From Microcoleus sp. (GTDB taxonomy: Bacteria > Cyanobacteriota > Cyanobacteriia > Cyanobacteriales > Microcoleaceae), in the NCBI GenBank assembly GCA_042408215.1, contig JAYFMW010000005.1, positions 118,880-166,879 of the forward strand: a stretch of DNA of 48,000 nucleotides, given 5' to 3'. Both the position numbers and the translations under genes were made by a program. Positions within the stretch are counted from its first letter, which is position 1, and every line of letters begins with the position of its first letter. This document shows, piece by piece, positions 9,708 through 17,599 of the stretch. The notes under the pieces are model-generated. The model was not told the origin of the DNA. It searched no databases and saw nothing but the letters and a program-made list of their open reading frames with translations.

Positions 9708-10355
9708 GTGCGTTTTATAGAAATTAAACATCTCGCCCCAGAACACCTGCCCTGTGCGGTAGAACTCGATCGCCTCTGTTTTGGTGGACTTTGGGCGATC
9801 GAAGGCTACAGGCGCGAGTTAGACAATCCTAACAGCGATTTATTGGGTTTATGGGTACGCGAAACTGCTGACTGCGAATCAGGTCAAAACCGAGCGGGCC
9901 TGGGGGCACCGCCCCTACCAAACTGGGCGGGCCTGGGGGCACCGCCCCTAGAGATTCGCCCAATACTCATTGGTGTGGGTTGCTTGTGGGCGATTTTAGA
10001 GGAAGCTCACATTATCATGCTGGCAATTCATCCTAGCTTTCAACGTCAAGGTTTAGGACAAGCTTTGCTTTGGGCTTTGCTAAAATCGGCTTGTGACAGA
10101 CAATTAGAGCGATCGACTTTAGAAGTGCGGGACTCTAATTTAGCCGCAGTTTCTCTGTACAATAAATTTGGTTTTAAAGAAGCAGGACGGCGGAAACGAT
10201 ACTACGAAGACACCGGAGAAGATGCTCTGGTAATGTGGCGCAGCGGTCTGGAAAAACCAGAATTTCAGCAATATTTGGCGGTTGAAAAACAGGAGATTTG
10301 CGATCGGCTCCACCAGAAAAACTGGCATTGGGCGATCGATAATTTTGAGTTGTGA
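9708..10355 (+). CDS. rimI: ribosomal-protein-alanine N-acetyltransferase (GNAT)
   Basis: GNAT acetyl-CoA motif QRQGLGQALL plus RimI-like flanks. It carries an in-frame 2 x 33-nt repeat insertion (see findings). Confidence 0.8.
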   Translation: MRFIEIKHLAPEHLPCAVELDRLCFGGLWAIEGYRRELDNPNSDLLGLWVRETADCESGQNRAGLGAPPLPNWAGLGAPPLEIRPILIGVGCLWAILEEAHIIMLAIHPSFQRQGLGQALLWALLKSACDRQLERSTLEVRDSNLAAVSLYNKFGFKEAGRRKRYYEDTGEDALVMWRSGLEKPEFQQYLAVEKQEICDRLHQKNWHWAIDNFEL

Positions 10356-10356
10356 G

Positions 10357-11434
10357 CATGAGGCTCCAGAAACCGGGTTTTTTACGAAAATACTTAGTTT
10401 ATGCCCGCAAATTCGATAAAAACCCGGTTTCTTCTGTCGGTATTCAAGCACCCATGAGGCTCCAGAAACCGGGTTTTTTACGACCAGACGCATGGCCGCC
10501 CGCAAATTCGATAAAAACCCGGTTTCTTCTGTCGGTATTCAAGCACCCATGAGGCTCCAGAAACCGGGTTTTTTACGAAAATACTTAGTTTCCGCCCGCA
10601 AACTCGATAAAAACCCGGTTTCTTTTGTCGGTATTCAAGCACCCATGAGGCTCCAGAAACCGGGTTTTTTACGAAAATACTTAGTTTCCGCCCGCAAATT
10701 CGATAAAAACCCGGTTTCTTCTGTCGGTATTCAAGCACCCATGAGGCTCCAGAAACCGGGTTTTTTACGAAAATACTTAGTTGCTGCCCGTAAACTCGAT
10801 AAAAACCCGGTTTCTTCTGTCGGTATTCAAGCACCCATGAGGCTCCAGAAACCGGGTTTTTTACGAAAATACTTAGTTTCTGCCCGCAAATTCGATAAAA
10901 ACCCGGTTTCTTCTGTCGGTATTCAAGCACCCATGAGGCTCCAGAAACCGGGTTTTTTACGACTAGACGCATGGCCTCCCGCAAATTCGAGAAAAACCCG
11001 GTTTCTTCTGTCGGTATTCAAGCACCCATGAGGCTCCAGAAACCGGGTTTTTTACGACTAGACGCATGGCCTCCCGCAAATTCGAGAAAAACCCGGTTTC
11101 TTCTGTCGGTATTCAAGCACCCATGAGGCTCCAGAAACCGGGTTTTTTACGACTAGACGCATGGCCGCCCGTAAACTCGATAAAAACCCGGTCTCTTTTG
11201 TCTGTATTCAAGCACCCATGAGGCTCCAGAAACCGGGTTTTTTACGACCAGACGCATGGCCGCCCGTAAACTCGATAAAAACCCGGTTTCTTCTGTCTGT
11301 ATTCAAGCACCCATGAGGCTCCAGAAACCGGGTTTTTTACGAAAATACTTAGTTTCTGCCCGCAAATTCGATAAAAACCCGGTTTCTTCTGTCGGTATTC
11401 AAGCACCCATGAGGCTCCAGAAACCGGGTTTTTA
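10357..11434. repeat. tandem array of 11 full units (96 or 95 bp) plus a partial 12th, built from AAACCGGGTTT hairpin arms
   Basis: The unit is atgaggctccagaaaccgggttttttacg-[linker]-cgataaaaacccggtttcttctgtcggtattcaagcaccc. There are two linker types: A is aaaatacttagttt.. (96 bp) and B is accagacgcatggcc.. (95 bp). The unit order is A B A A A A B B B B A followed by a partial unit. Confidence 0.95.
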
Positions 11435-11488
11435 TGGACTTACCGCTATCCTTGGGACATATTTACCACATTATAAGGCTAGACCGTT

Positions 11489-12022
11489 ATGGCGATAATA
11501 ACAGGCACAATCAAAGTCAATGTCGTCAACGTTACCCATCCCGAATTAACGGGTATCTACACGGGTCACTTTTCCTACGATGATACACATCTGACCAAAG
11601 TCGGCGAGGAGGTTATGACCATCAATGGTGGAAATGGATATCGATCGGGACTGCTATCTTTTAACTTTAGATTTCTGGACTTTGCTACGGGTTTAACTCC
11701 TGTTACCTACACAGCTAGAGATGTTGACGAGTTCCCAGATGATTTTCCTGTTTTGGCTTTTTTGAACGGAATTCCGACTCAATTTGGCTTACGACTTCTT
11801 TCTGCATCTGAAAATGACGCATTTGGGTTCTTAGATTCCCAGCAATTTCTTTACGCCTTGCGAGATGGATCTGTTACAGGTGGGGGGCTTGTGACCTTAG
11901 AAATTAACGAATCTCCTCCTCCTGCTGTACCAGAGAATGCCTCCCCCTTCGCCTCATTGTTGGCTTTTTTGGGCTTGGGTGGACTTCACTTGTGGAGAAA
12001 GTCGAGAAAGGGAAACAATTAA
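11489..12022 (+). CDS. PEP-CTERM-tailed family paralog P1, 5'-truncated (no signal peptide; possibly a pseudogene)
   Basis: It aligns with P2-P4 from ...TGTIKV onward and keeps the VPENASPFASLLAFLGLGGLHLWRKSRKGNN tail. The signal-peptide region is degenerate and out of frame (YGLTAILGTYLPHYKARPLWR*) and abuts the repeat array. Confidence 0.55.
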   Translation: MAIITGTIKVNVVNVTHPELTGIYTGHFSYDDTHLTKVGEEVMTINGGNGYRSGLLSFNFRFLDFATGLTPVTYTARDVDEFPDDFPVLAFLNGIPTQFGLRLLSASENDAFGFLDSQQFLYALRDGSVTGGGLVTLEINESPPPAVPENASPFASLLAFLGLGGLHLWRKSRKGNN

Positions 12023-12238
12023 TAATCTTTACCAACCTAACTTGAAGCGGGGCGTAGATAGAATTACTGAGATTTTCAAAACATCTAGTTATTTGTGGCA
12101 AAAAAATCTAGTAAATTTAGGGTATCAAATACGGCAAAAAAGCTTTATTCTTTATTTCAAGATTTTGTTTTCGTTAATTGCTACAAACGAAAACAAACTC
12201 ACTGTTGTGGGTCAAGCCTTTCAAAACAGGAATATCTA

Positions 12239-12868
12239 ATGAACATAAAATATGGACTGACCGCTATCCTGGGAACATATTTAATATCCACATTCGGAGG
12301 AACGACCGCTATGGCAGCTACGATCGCAGGCACAATCAAAGTCAAAATCGAGGCCGAGTACGTCACCGATCCCAAATTCGCGGGTGTCTACACTGGTGAC
12401 TTTTCCTACGACGATACCCATCTGACCAAAGTCGGCACAGAGTTCTTGGTCATGAATGATGGTGACTATCAAGCTCGACCAGGACTGCTATCTCTGAACT
12501 TTAGATTTCTGGACTTTGCGGAGGGCTTAACTCCTGTCACCTATACGGCCAGTGATGATTTAAACTTCCCAGATAATCCTGTTTTGGCTTTTGAGAACGG
12601 AGTTCCCACTCAATTTGGCTTCAACGTTTTTGGGGTAAATAAGAGTGGAGTTTTGGATGGAAATAACAGATTTATGTTTGGAGATCCGGGGATATTTCAG
12701 TTCTTCTTGCGAGATGGAGCTGTTACAGGTGGGGGGCTTGTGACCTTAGAAATTAACGAATCTCCTCCTGCTGTACCCGAGAACGCCTCCCCATTGGCTT
12801 CATTGTTGGCCTTTTTGGGCTTGGGTGCAGTCCACTTGTGGAGAAAGTCTAAAAAGGAAAACAAATAA
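12239..12868 (+). CDS. secreted protein with PEP-CTERM-like sorting tail, paralog P2
   Basis: Signal peptide MNIKYGLTAILGTYLISTFGGTTAMAAT. C-terminal VPENASPLASLLAFLGLGAVHLWRKSKKENK has a PE motif, a hydrophobic helix and a basic cluster. The start is set at the ATG conserved among the paralogs. Confidence 0.8.
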   Translation: MNIKYGLTAILGTYLISTFGGTTAMAATIAGTIKVKIEAEYVTDPKFAGVYTGDFSYDDTHLTKVGTEFLVMNDGDYQARPGLLSLNFRFLDFAEGLTPVTYTASDDLNFPDNPVLAFENGVPTQFGFNVFGVNKSGVLDGNNRFMFGDPGIFQFFLRDGAVTGGGLVTLEINESPPAVPENASPLASLLAFLGLGAVHLWRKSKKENK

Positions 12869-13087
12869 TCATCTTTAGCAACATAACTTGAAGCGGGGCG
12901 TAGATAGAATTACTGAGATTTTCAAAACATCTAGTTATTTGTGGCAAAAAAATCTAGTAAATTTACGGTATCAAATACGGCAAAAAAGCTTTATTCTTTA
13001 TTTCAAGATTTTGTTTTCGTTAATTGCTGCTACACACGAAAACAAACTCACTGCTGTGGGTGAAGCCTTTCAAATCAGGAATATCCA

Positions 13088-13690
13088 ATGAACATAAAAT
13101 ATGGACTGACCGCTATCCTGGGAACATATTTAATATCCACATTTGGAGGAGCGACCGCTATGGCAGCCACAATAGGAGGCACAATCAGGGTTGATATAAC
13201 TAGGGGCGACTTCGCAGGTGTCTACACAGGTGACTTTGCCTACGATGATACACATCTAACCAAGGTCGGCACAGAATTAATGACCATAAATGGTGGTGGT
13301 GGAAATGGAATTATACCGGGACTGTTATCTATGAACTTGAGATTTCTGGACTTTGCTACTGGCTTAAATCCTGTCACCTACACAGCCGATGATGTTGATG
13401 GATTTCCAGACTATCCACTTTTGTATTTAGAGAACGGAATTCCCACTCAATTTGCCTTCCAACTTTTTTCTACATCTGGAAATGATGGACTTATGTTTGG
13501 AGATCCAAGGTCATTTAATTTCGCCTTGCGAAATGGAACTATTGGAGGTGATGGGAGTGTGAGCTTAGAAATTACTGAACCTACTACTGAACCTACTCCT
13601 GTACCGGAGAACTCCTCCCCCTTCGCCTCATTGTTGGCTTTCTTGGGCTTGGGTGCAGTTCACTTGGGGAGAAAGTCGAGAAAGGGATAG
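13088..13690 (+). CDS. secreted protein with PEP-CTERM-like sorting tail, paralog P3
   Basis: Same architecture as P2, with a tail PVPENSSPFASLLAFLGLGAVHLGRKSRKG. Confidence 0.8.
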   Translation: MNIKYGLTAILGTYLISTFGGATAMAATIGGTIRVDITRGDFAGVYTGDFAYDDTHLTKVGTELMTINGGGGNGIIPGLLSMNLRFLDFATGLNPVTYTADDVDGFPDYPLLYLENGIPTQFAFQLFSTSGNDGLMFGDPRSFNFALRNGTIGGDGSVSLEITEPTTEPTPVPENSSPFASLLAFLGLGAVHLGRKSRKG

Positions 13691-13739
13691 TCAACAGAAA
13701 CAAATAATCTTTAACAACCTAACTTGAGAGGAATTTCCC

Positions 13740-13844
13740 ATGACAGTAATCGATACTCCGTTTTTGGTGACAGGTGGCGAAACTAAGAACCCACCCAGCA
13801 ATGCTTTTAGCCCAAGTCAGCGTCAAATAAATATTCGCGCGCCG
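13740..13844 (+). pseudogene. 35-codon remnant of the 5' end of the RTX-lipase gene (duplication scar)
   Basis: atgacagtaatcgatactccgtttttggtgacaggtggcgaaactaagaaccc... closely matches 14692-14796 and 24667-24771. It then breaks into the next copy of the paralog leader. Confidence 0.7.
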
Positions 13845-14051
13845 AGTCTCAGGAGAGCAGGGCGTAGATAGAATTACCGAGCTTTTTACAATATCTCCTT
13901 ATTTTTAGCAAAAAACTCTAGTAAATTTACGGTGTCAAATACGGCAAAAAAGCTTTATTCTTTATTTCAAGATGTTGTTTTCGTTAATTGCTGCTACAAA
14001 CGAAAAAAAACTCACTGTTGTGGGTTAAGCCTTTCAAAACAGGAATATCTA

Positions 14052-14642
14052 ATGAACATGAAATATGTACTGACCGCTATCCTGGGAACATATTTAATAT
14101 CCACATTAGCAGGAACGACCGCTATGGCTGCGACAATCAAAGGGACAATCAGGGTTGACATAAGTGATGGTGACTTCGCAGGGGTCTACAGGGGTGACTT
14201 TTCCTACGACGATACCCATCTGACCAAAGTCGGCGAGGAGGCCATGACTGTCAACGATCGAATTATACCAGGACTGCTATCCTTTAACTTTAGATTTCTG
14301 GACTTTGCGGAGGGCTTAACTCCTGTCACCTATACGGCGAGTGATGTTGACGACTTCCCAAATGCCCCTGTTTTGCTTTTCGAGAATGGAATTCCCAGTC
14401 AATTTGGCTTACAAATTTTTTCTGAATCTAGAAATGGCGGACTGATGTTTGGAGATCCCAAGCTATTTCTTTACGCCTTGCGAAATGGAACTTATGGAGG
14501 TGATGGGAGTGTGACCTTAGAAATTACTGAACCTACTACTGAACCTACTCCTGTACCGGAAAACTTCTCCCCCTTCGCTTCATTGTTAGCTTTCTTCGGC
14601 TTGGGTGGGGTTCACCTGTGGAGAAAGTCGAGAAAGGGTTAG
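14052..14642 (+). CDS. secreted protein with PEP-CTERM-like sorting tail, paralog P4
   Basis: Signal peptide MNMKYVLTAILGTYLISTLAGTTAMAAT and tail PVPENFSPFASLLAFFGLGGVHLWRKSRKG. Confidence 0.8.
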   Translation: MNMKYVLTAILGTYLISTLAGTTAMAATIKGTIRVDISDGDFAGVYRGDFSYDDTHLTKVGEEAMTVNDRIIPGLLSFNFRFLDFAEGLTPVTYTASDVDDFPNAPVLLFENGIPSQFGLQIFSESRNGGLMFGDPKLFLYALRNGTYGGDGSVTLEITEPTTEPTPVPENFSPFASLLAFFGLGGVHLWRKSRKG

Positions 14643-14691
14643 TCAACAGAAACAAATAATCTTTAACAACCTAACTTGAGAGGAATGGACA

Positions 14692-16531
14692 ATGGCAGTA
14701 ATAGATACTCCGTTTTTGGTCACAGGTGGCGAAACTAAGAACCCACCTAGCAATGCTTATAGTCCCAGTCAGCGTCAAATCAATATCCGTGCGCCCTTCG
14801 GCATTCCCTCTGCCGAGCAATGGAGTGGTCAAAAAATATGGCTGCTGCTTCCTGGTTTCACAAATCCCGCCGATTATTACGATCCAAATCTGGCGACAGC
14901 CATCAAGGATGCTAACCCAAACGATACGGTTTTAGCCCTTGACTGGACTCAAGTGAGCGGCACCAAGTTTTTCAATATTGGACCATTAGGGATCGCCGCT
15001 GGAGACCTTTACAGGTCGGGTTCGTGGATTACCCCAGTGGCCAACGCAGTCCGAGACAAACTTGTTGAGTGGGGAATGCCAGCCCCAGCACTCAATATTG
15101 TTGGGAATAGTCTCGGCGTCTCACCTAGCCAGCGATCTTGCCGCCAGTTTCACTAGCTACGGGAGTCAAGTGAGTTCGGTAACAGCCCTTGACCCAGCAT
15201 CAAATCAAGCGAAAGGGGTCAGTCCATACGATACAACTAATGGCCACGATACTGACCTATCAAATGGATACGTATTAGATGGAAATGGAGGAATTGCAGA
15301 CCCAATCAAACGCTTAGACTTTGGTGGTGCAGCGGTTTCAAGAAGTTTTAATGGCATCAGTAGTTTAGCAGGAAATGAAGCTCAAGCCGGAACTGCCAAG
15401 GAATCCTTCCTGTTTGACTTCGGCACCGATCCGAAAAATATTACAGCACAAATCGCTCAACACAACGGTGTCGTCACCGCCTACACAAATTTGGTTACAA
15501 CTGATGCAGGTGGCAATTCTCGTTTAGCCACAAATATTTTGGGTCTGAGTGACACGCAGGCGGATCATCAGTTTCGACCAAACTTCTATAAAGGAGATTT
15601 TAATGTCTCTCTTAAAGTGCATGAAGGAATGATTCCCGTTGATGCTCAAAATAATCCTTTGTTTCTGGTTGCTGCCAAGCTTAATGGCGGGATAGATGAC
15701 CGAATCATCTATGGGACTAACAAAAACGACACATTAATAGGAACTGGTATTTTTGGGAAATATTACAACAACAACGGCAACCATACTTATTATTTTGGGG
15801 ATGGGGACGACATCGTTTCTGCTGGCACGGGTAATGACATCATCTTAGGCGGGAAAGGAGTTGACGCCCTTGATGGCGGAGAGGGGAATAATTCGATTTT
15901 TGGTGAGGATGGTGATGATTTTCTCAGTGCTGGCGCAGGTGATGACACCATCTTTGGCGGGAATGGCAATGACAACATTACCGGCAGAAATGGGAACAAT
16001 ACCATCCGTGGCGACCAGGGCGATGACAATATCACGGCTGGTACTGGTAATGATACTATCTTTGGCGGAGCTGGAAATGACAACATCTTGAGCGGCGATG
16101 GCAGGAATACCATTCGTGGTGAGGAGGGTAATGATTATCTCACTGGTGGAAATGGCATTAATATCTTGTTTGGTGGTTTGGGAAACGACACTCTCGGAGG
16201 TGGTACCGGTCAAAACATATTAAGAGGTTCAGAAAACAACAGTCTGTCTAATGTTGAAGTAGATACTTTAATTGGCAATAGCGGTAAATCCCTTAACGTA
16301 TTTTATATTGGTGATAGTACCAGAAATTGGTACTCAACCGCAGGTCTGAATGATTACGCCAAGATAGAGAAATTCAATGCAGCAACTGATATAATTTTGG
16401 GTGGCGTGAATATTCAGGCACAAAACCTCATCACTCAAACCTTTCTCTGGTCTGGAAATGAATTGATTGCCAAGATTGACGGTCTTTGGGCTTCGCAACT
16501 AGAGTCGCAGTTCCCTACAAGGATATTTTAG
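14692..16531 (+). pseudogene. RTX (hemolysin-type Ca-binding repeat) lipase-like alpha/beta hydrolase, interrupted by a 1-nt frameshift
   Basis: Two overlapping ORFs (14692-15156 and 15062-16531). The N-terminal part has a pancreatic-lipase-like elbow IVGNSLG and, in the other frame, SHLASDLAA...VTALDPA. The C-terminal part has more than 10 GGxGxD nonapeptide repeats (GTGNDIILGGKGVDALDGGEGNNSIFGEDGDD...). Confidence 0.75.
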
Positions 16532-16672
16532 GATTGACCTTTTCCCCCAACGCAGCAGGGGCACAATTTAGATGCGATCGCCCAGATCCCTCTCTCCCTC
16601 TCGCCCTCCCAAACCAACAGATTATTTAGACGCGCAGCAGCTTAGGGGCGGATTTAGGGGATAAATTGTACA

Positions 16673-16770
16673 TATACAGCAAATTGCAGGTTTATGAAGT
16701 ACATCCCAGAAACCCGGTTTCTTGATGAAACCGGGTTTCGCGTATCTACTTACCTGAAAAGTGCTGTATA
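16673..16770. repeat. nested palindromic element (outer arms TATACAGCA/TGCTGTATA, inner perfect 13-bp hairpin GAAACCCGGTTTC-ttgat-GAAACCGGGTTTC)
   Basis: Inverted repeats are visible directly. The inner hairpin belongs to the AAACCCGGTTTCT family. Confidence 0.6.
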
Positions 16771-16896
16771 ACTCAGCACTGTCTTTGACCGTGCTTTCGT
16801 GGTAGAGTGGTTTTTTTGATTAACTGGTCTGACTTGAAAGTCTGAAACTTCAACGTTAGAAAAGAATCTAAATCCTGTTTAAGGCTAAAGTGAATC

Positions 16897-17562
16897 ATGA
16901 ACACTAGAAACTTAGATGACCAGGTAGAAAGTACCGAAAATGGAGCGATCGAAGTTGCAGATCAATTCCAGGATGCAGCCGCAACTTCTGCGACTTCACA
17001 AACAGAATTCAATGCAGAAAAGCTAGGACGTGTCTACTTCATTCGTCACGGTGAAAGCACCAGTAACGAACGTAACATTTTTGCGGGAGTTCTGGATGTT
17101 GACCTCACATCATTTGGTAGATTGCAAGCGCGTCAAGCAGGGGTTGACCTCAAGAAAAAAGGTACAAAGTTTGATGCAGTATATGTCTCCCACATGAGAC
17201 GCGCACGGCAAACCTGTGAAATCGCCCTTGCTGAAAGTCAAGCACTAAAGTCGCCCGATATCCCTGTTCAAATAGACCATCGAATTAGCGAAAAATCCTT
17301 CGGCATTTTTGCGGGTCGTAACCTAAATCTGCTGCGTCTAGCCCTGGGCTACGAAGGCTTCGAGGAAATGTTGCACTCACACAACGAAGCACCCCCAGCC
17401 GGCGAAAAGATTGCCCAAGTTTACGCTCGCGCAGCCCGTTTCTACGAAGACAAAGTTGTACCGCACTTGGAACGGGGAGAAACAGTTCTAGTAGTGTGCC
17501 ACCAATATGTATTGGAGCCTCTAGCACTTTATTTAAGCGGCTCTACCACCGAGTTCTTATAA
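16897..17562 (+). CDS. histidine phosphatase family (phosphoglycerate-mutase-like) domain protein; probably the 5' part of a frameshifted fusion gene
   Basis: Catalytic RHGES motif in VYFIRHGESTSNERN and a second His in VVCHQYVL. The expected final beta-strand of the fold is encoded in the next ORF's frame. Confidence 0.8.
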   Translation: MNTRNLDDQVESTENGAIEVADQFQDAAATSATSQTEFNAEKLGRVYFIRHGESTSNERNIFAGVLDVDLTSFGRLQARQAGVDLKKKGTKFDAVYVSHMRRARQTCEIALAESQALKSPDIPVQIDHRISEKSFGIFAGRNLNLLRLALGYEGFEEMLHSHNEAPPAGEKIAQVYARAARFYEDKVVPHLERGETVLVVCHQYVLEPLALYLSGSTTEFL

Positions 17563-17599
17563 ACACCTGAAACTGCCCAATGGTAAAGCTCTCAGTGGT

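Noticed and set aside
10478-11031. Long ORFs on both strands through the array (168 aa minus, 179 aa plus) as repetitive proteins
   Set aside because: They are open only because the unit lacks stops. Type B units are 95 bp and shift the frame, so no frame runs through the whole array. Both strands are equally open, and the peptides are low-complexity translations of hairpin arms.
10357-11434. The 96-bp repeat array as a CRISPR array
   Set aside because: The 'spacers' are not unique, since only two linker variants recur. The units are 95-96 bp of almost entirely conserved sequence. No cas genes or leader are present. The repeat arms belong to a dispersed hairpin family also found at 1585, 16709 and 42904.
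11937-13091. ORFs covering the paralog leaders (for example 11937-12239, 12888-13091, and the N-terminal extensions of 12095 and 13932)
   Set aside because: They use TTG or GTG starts and have odd composition. The conserved ATG with AGGA spacing and the signal peptide begin only at MN(I/M)KY. Leader conservation is better explained at the RNA or DNA level.
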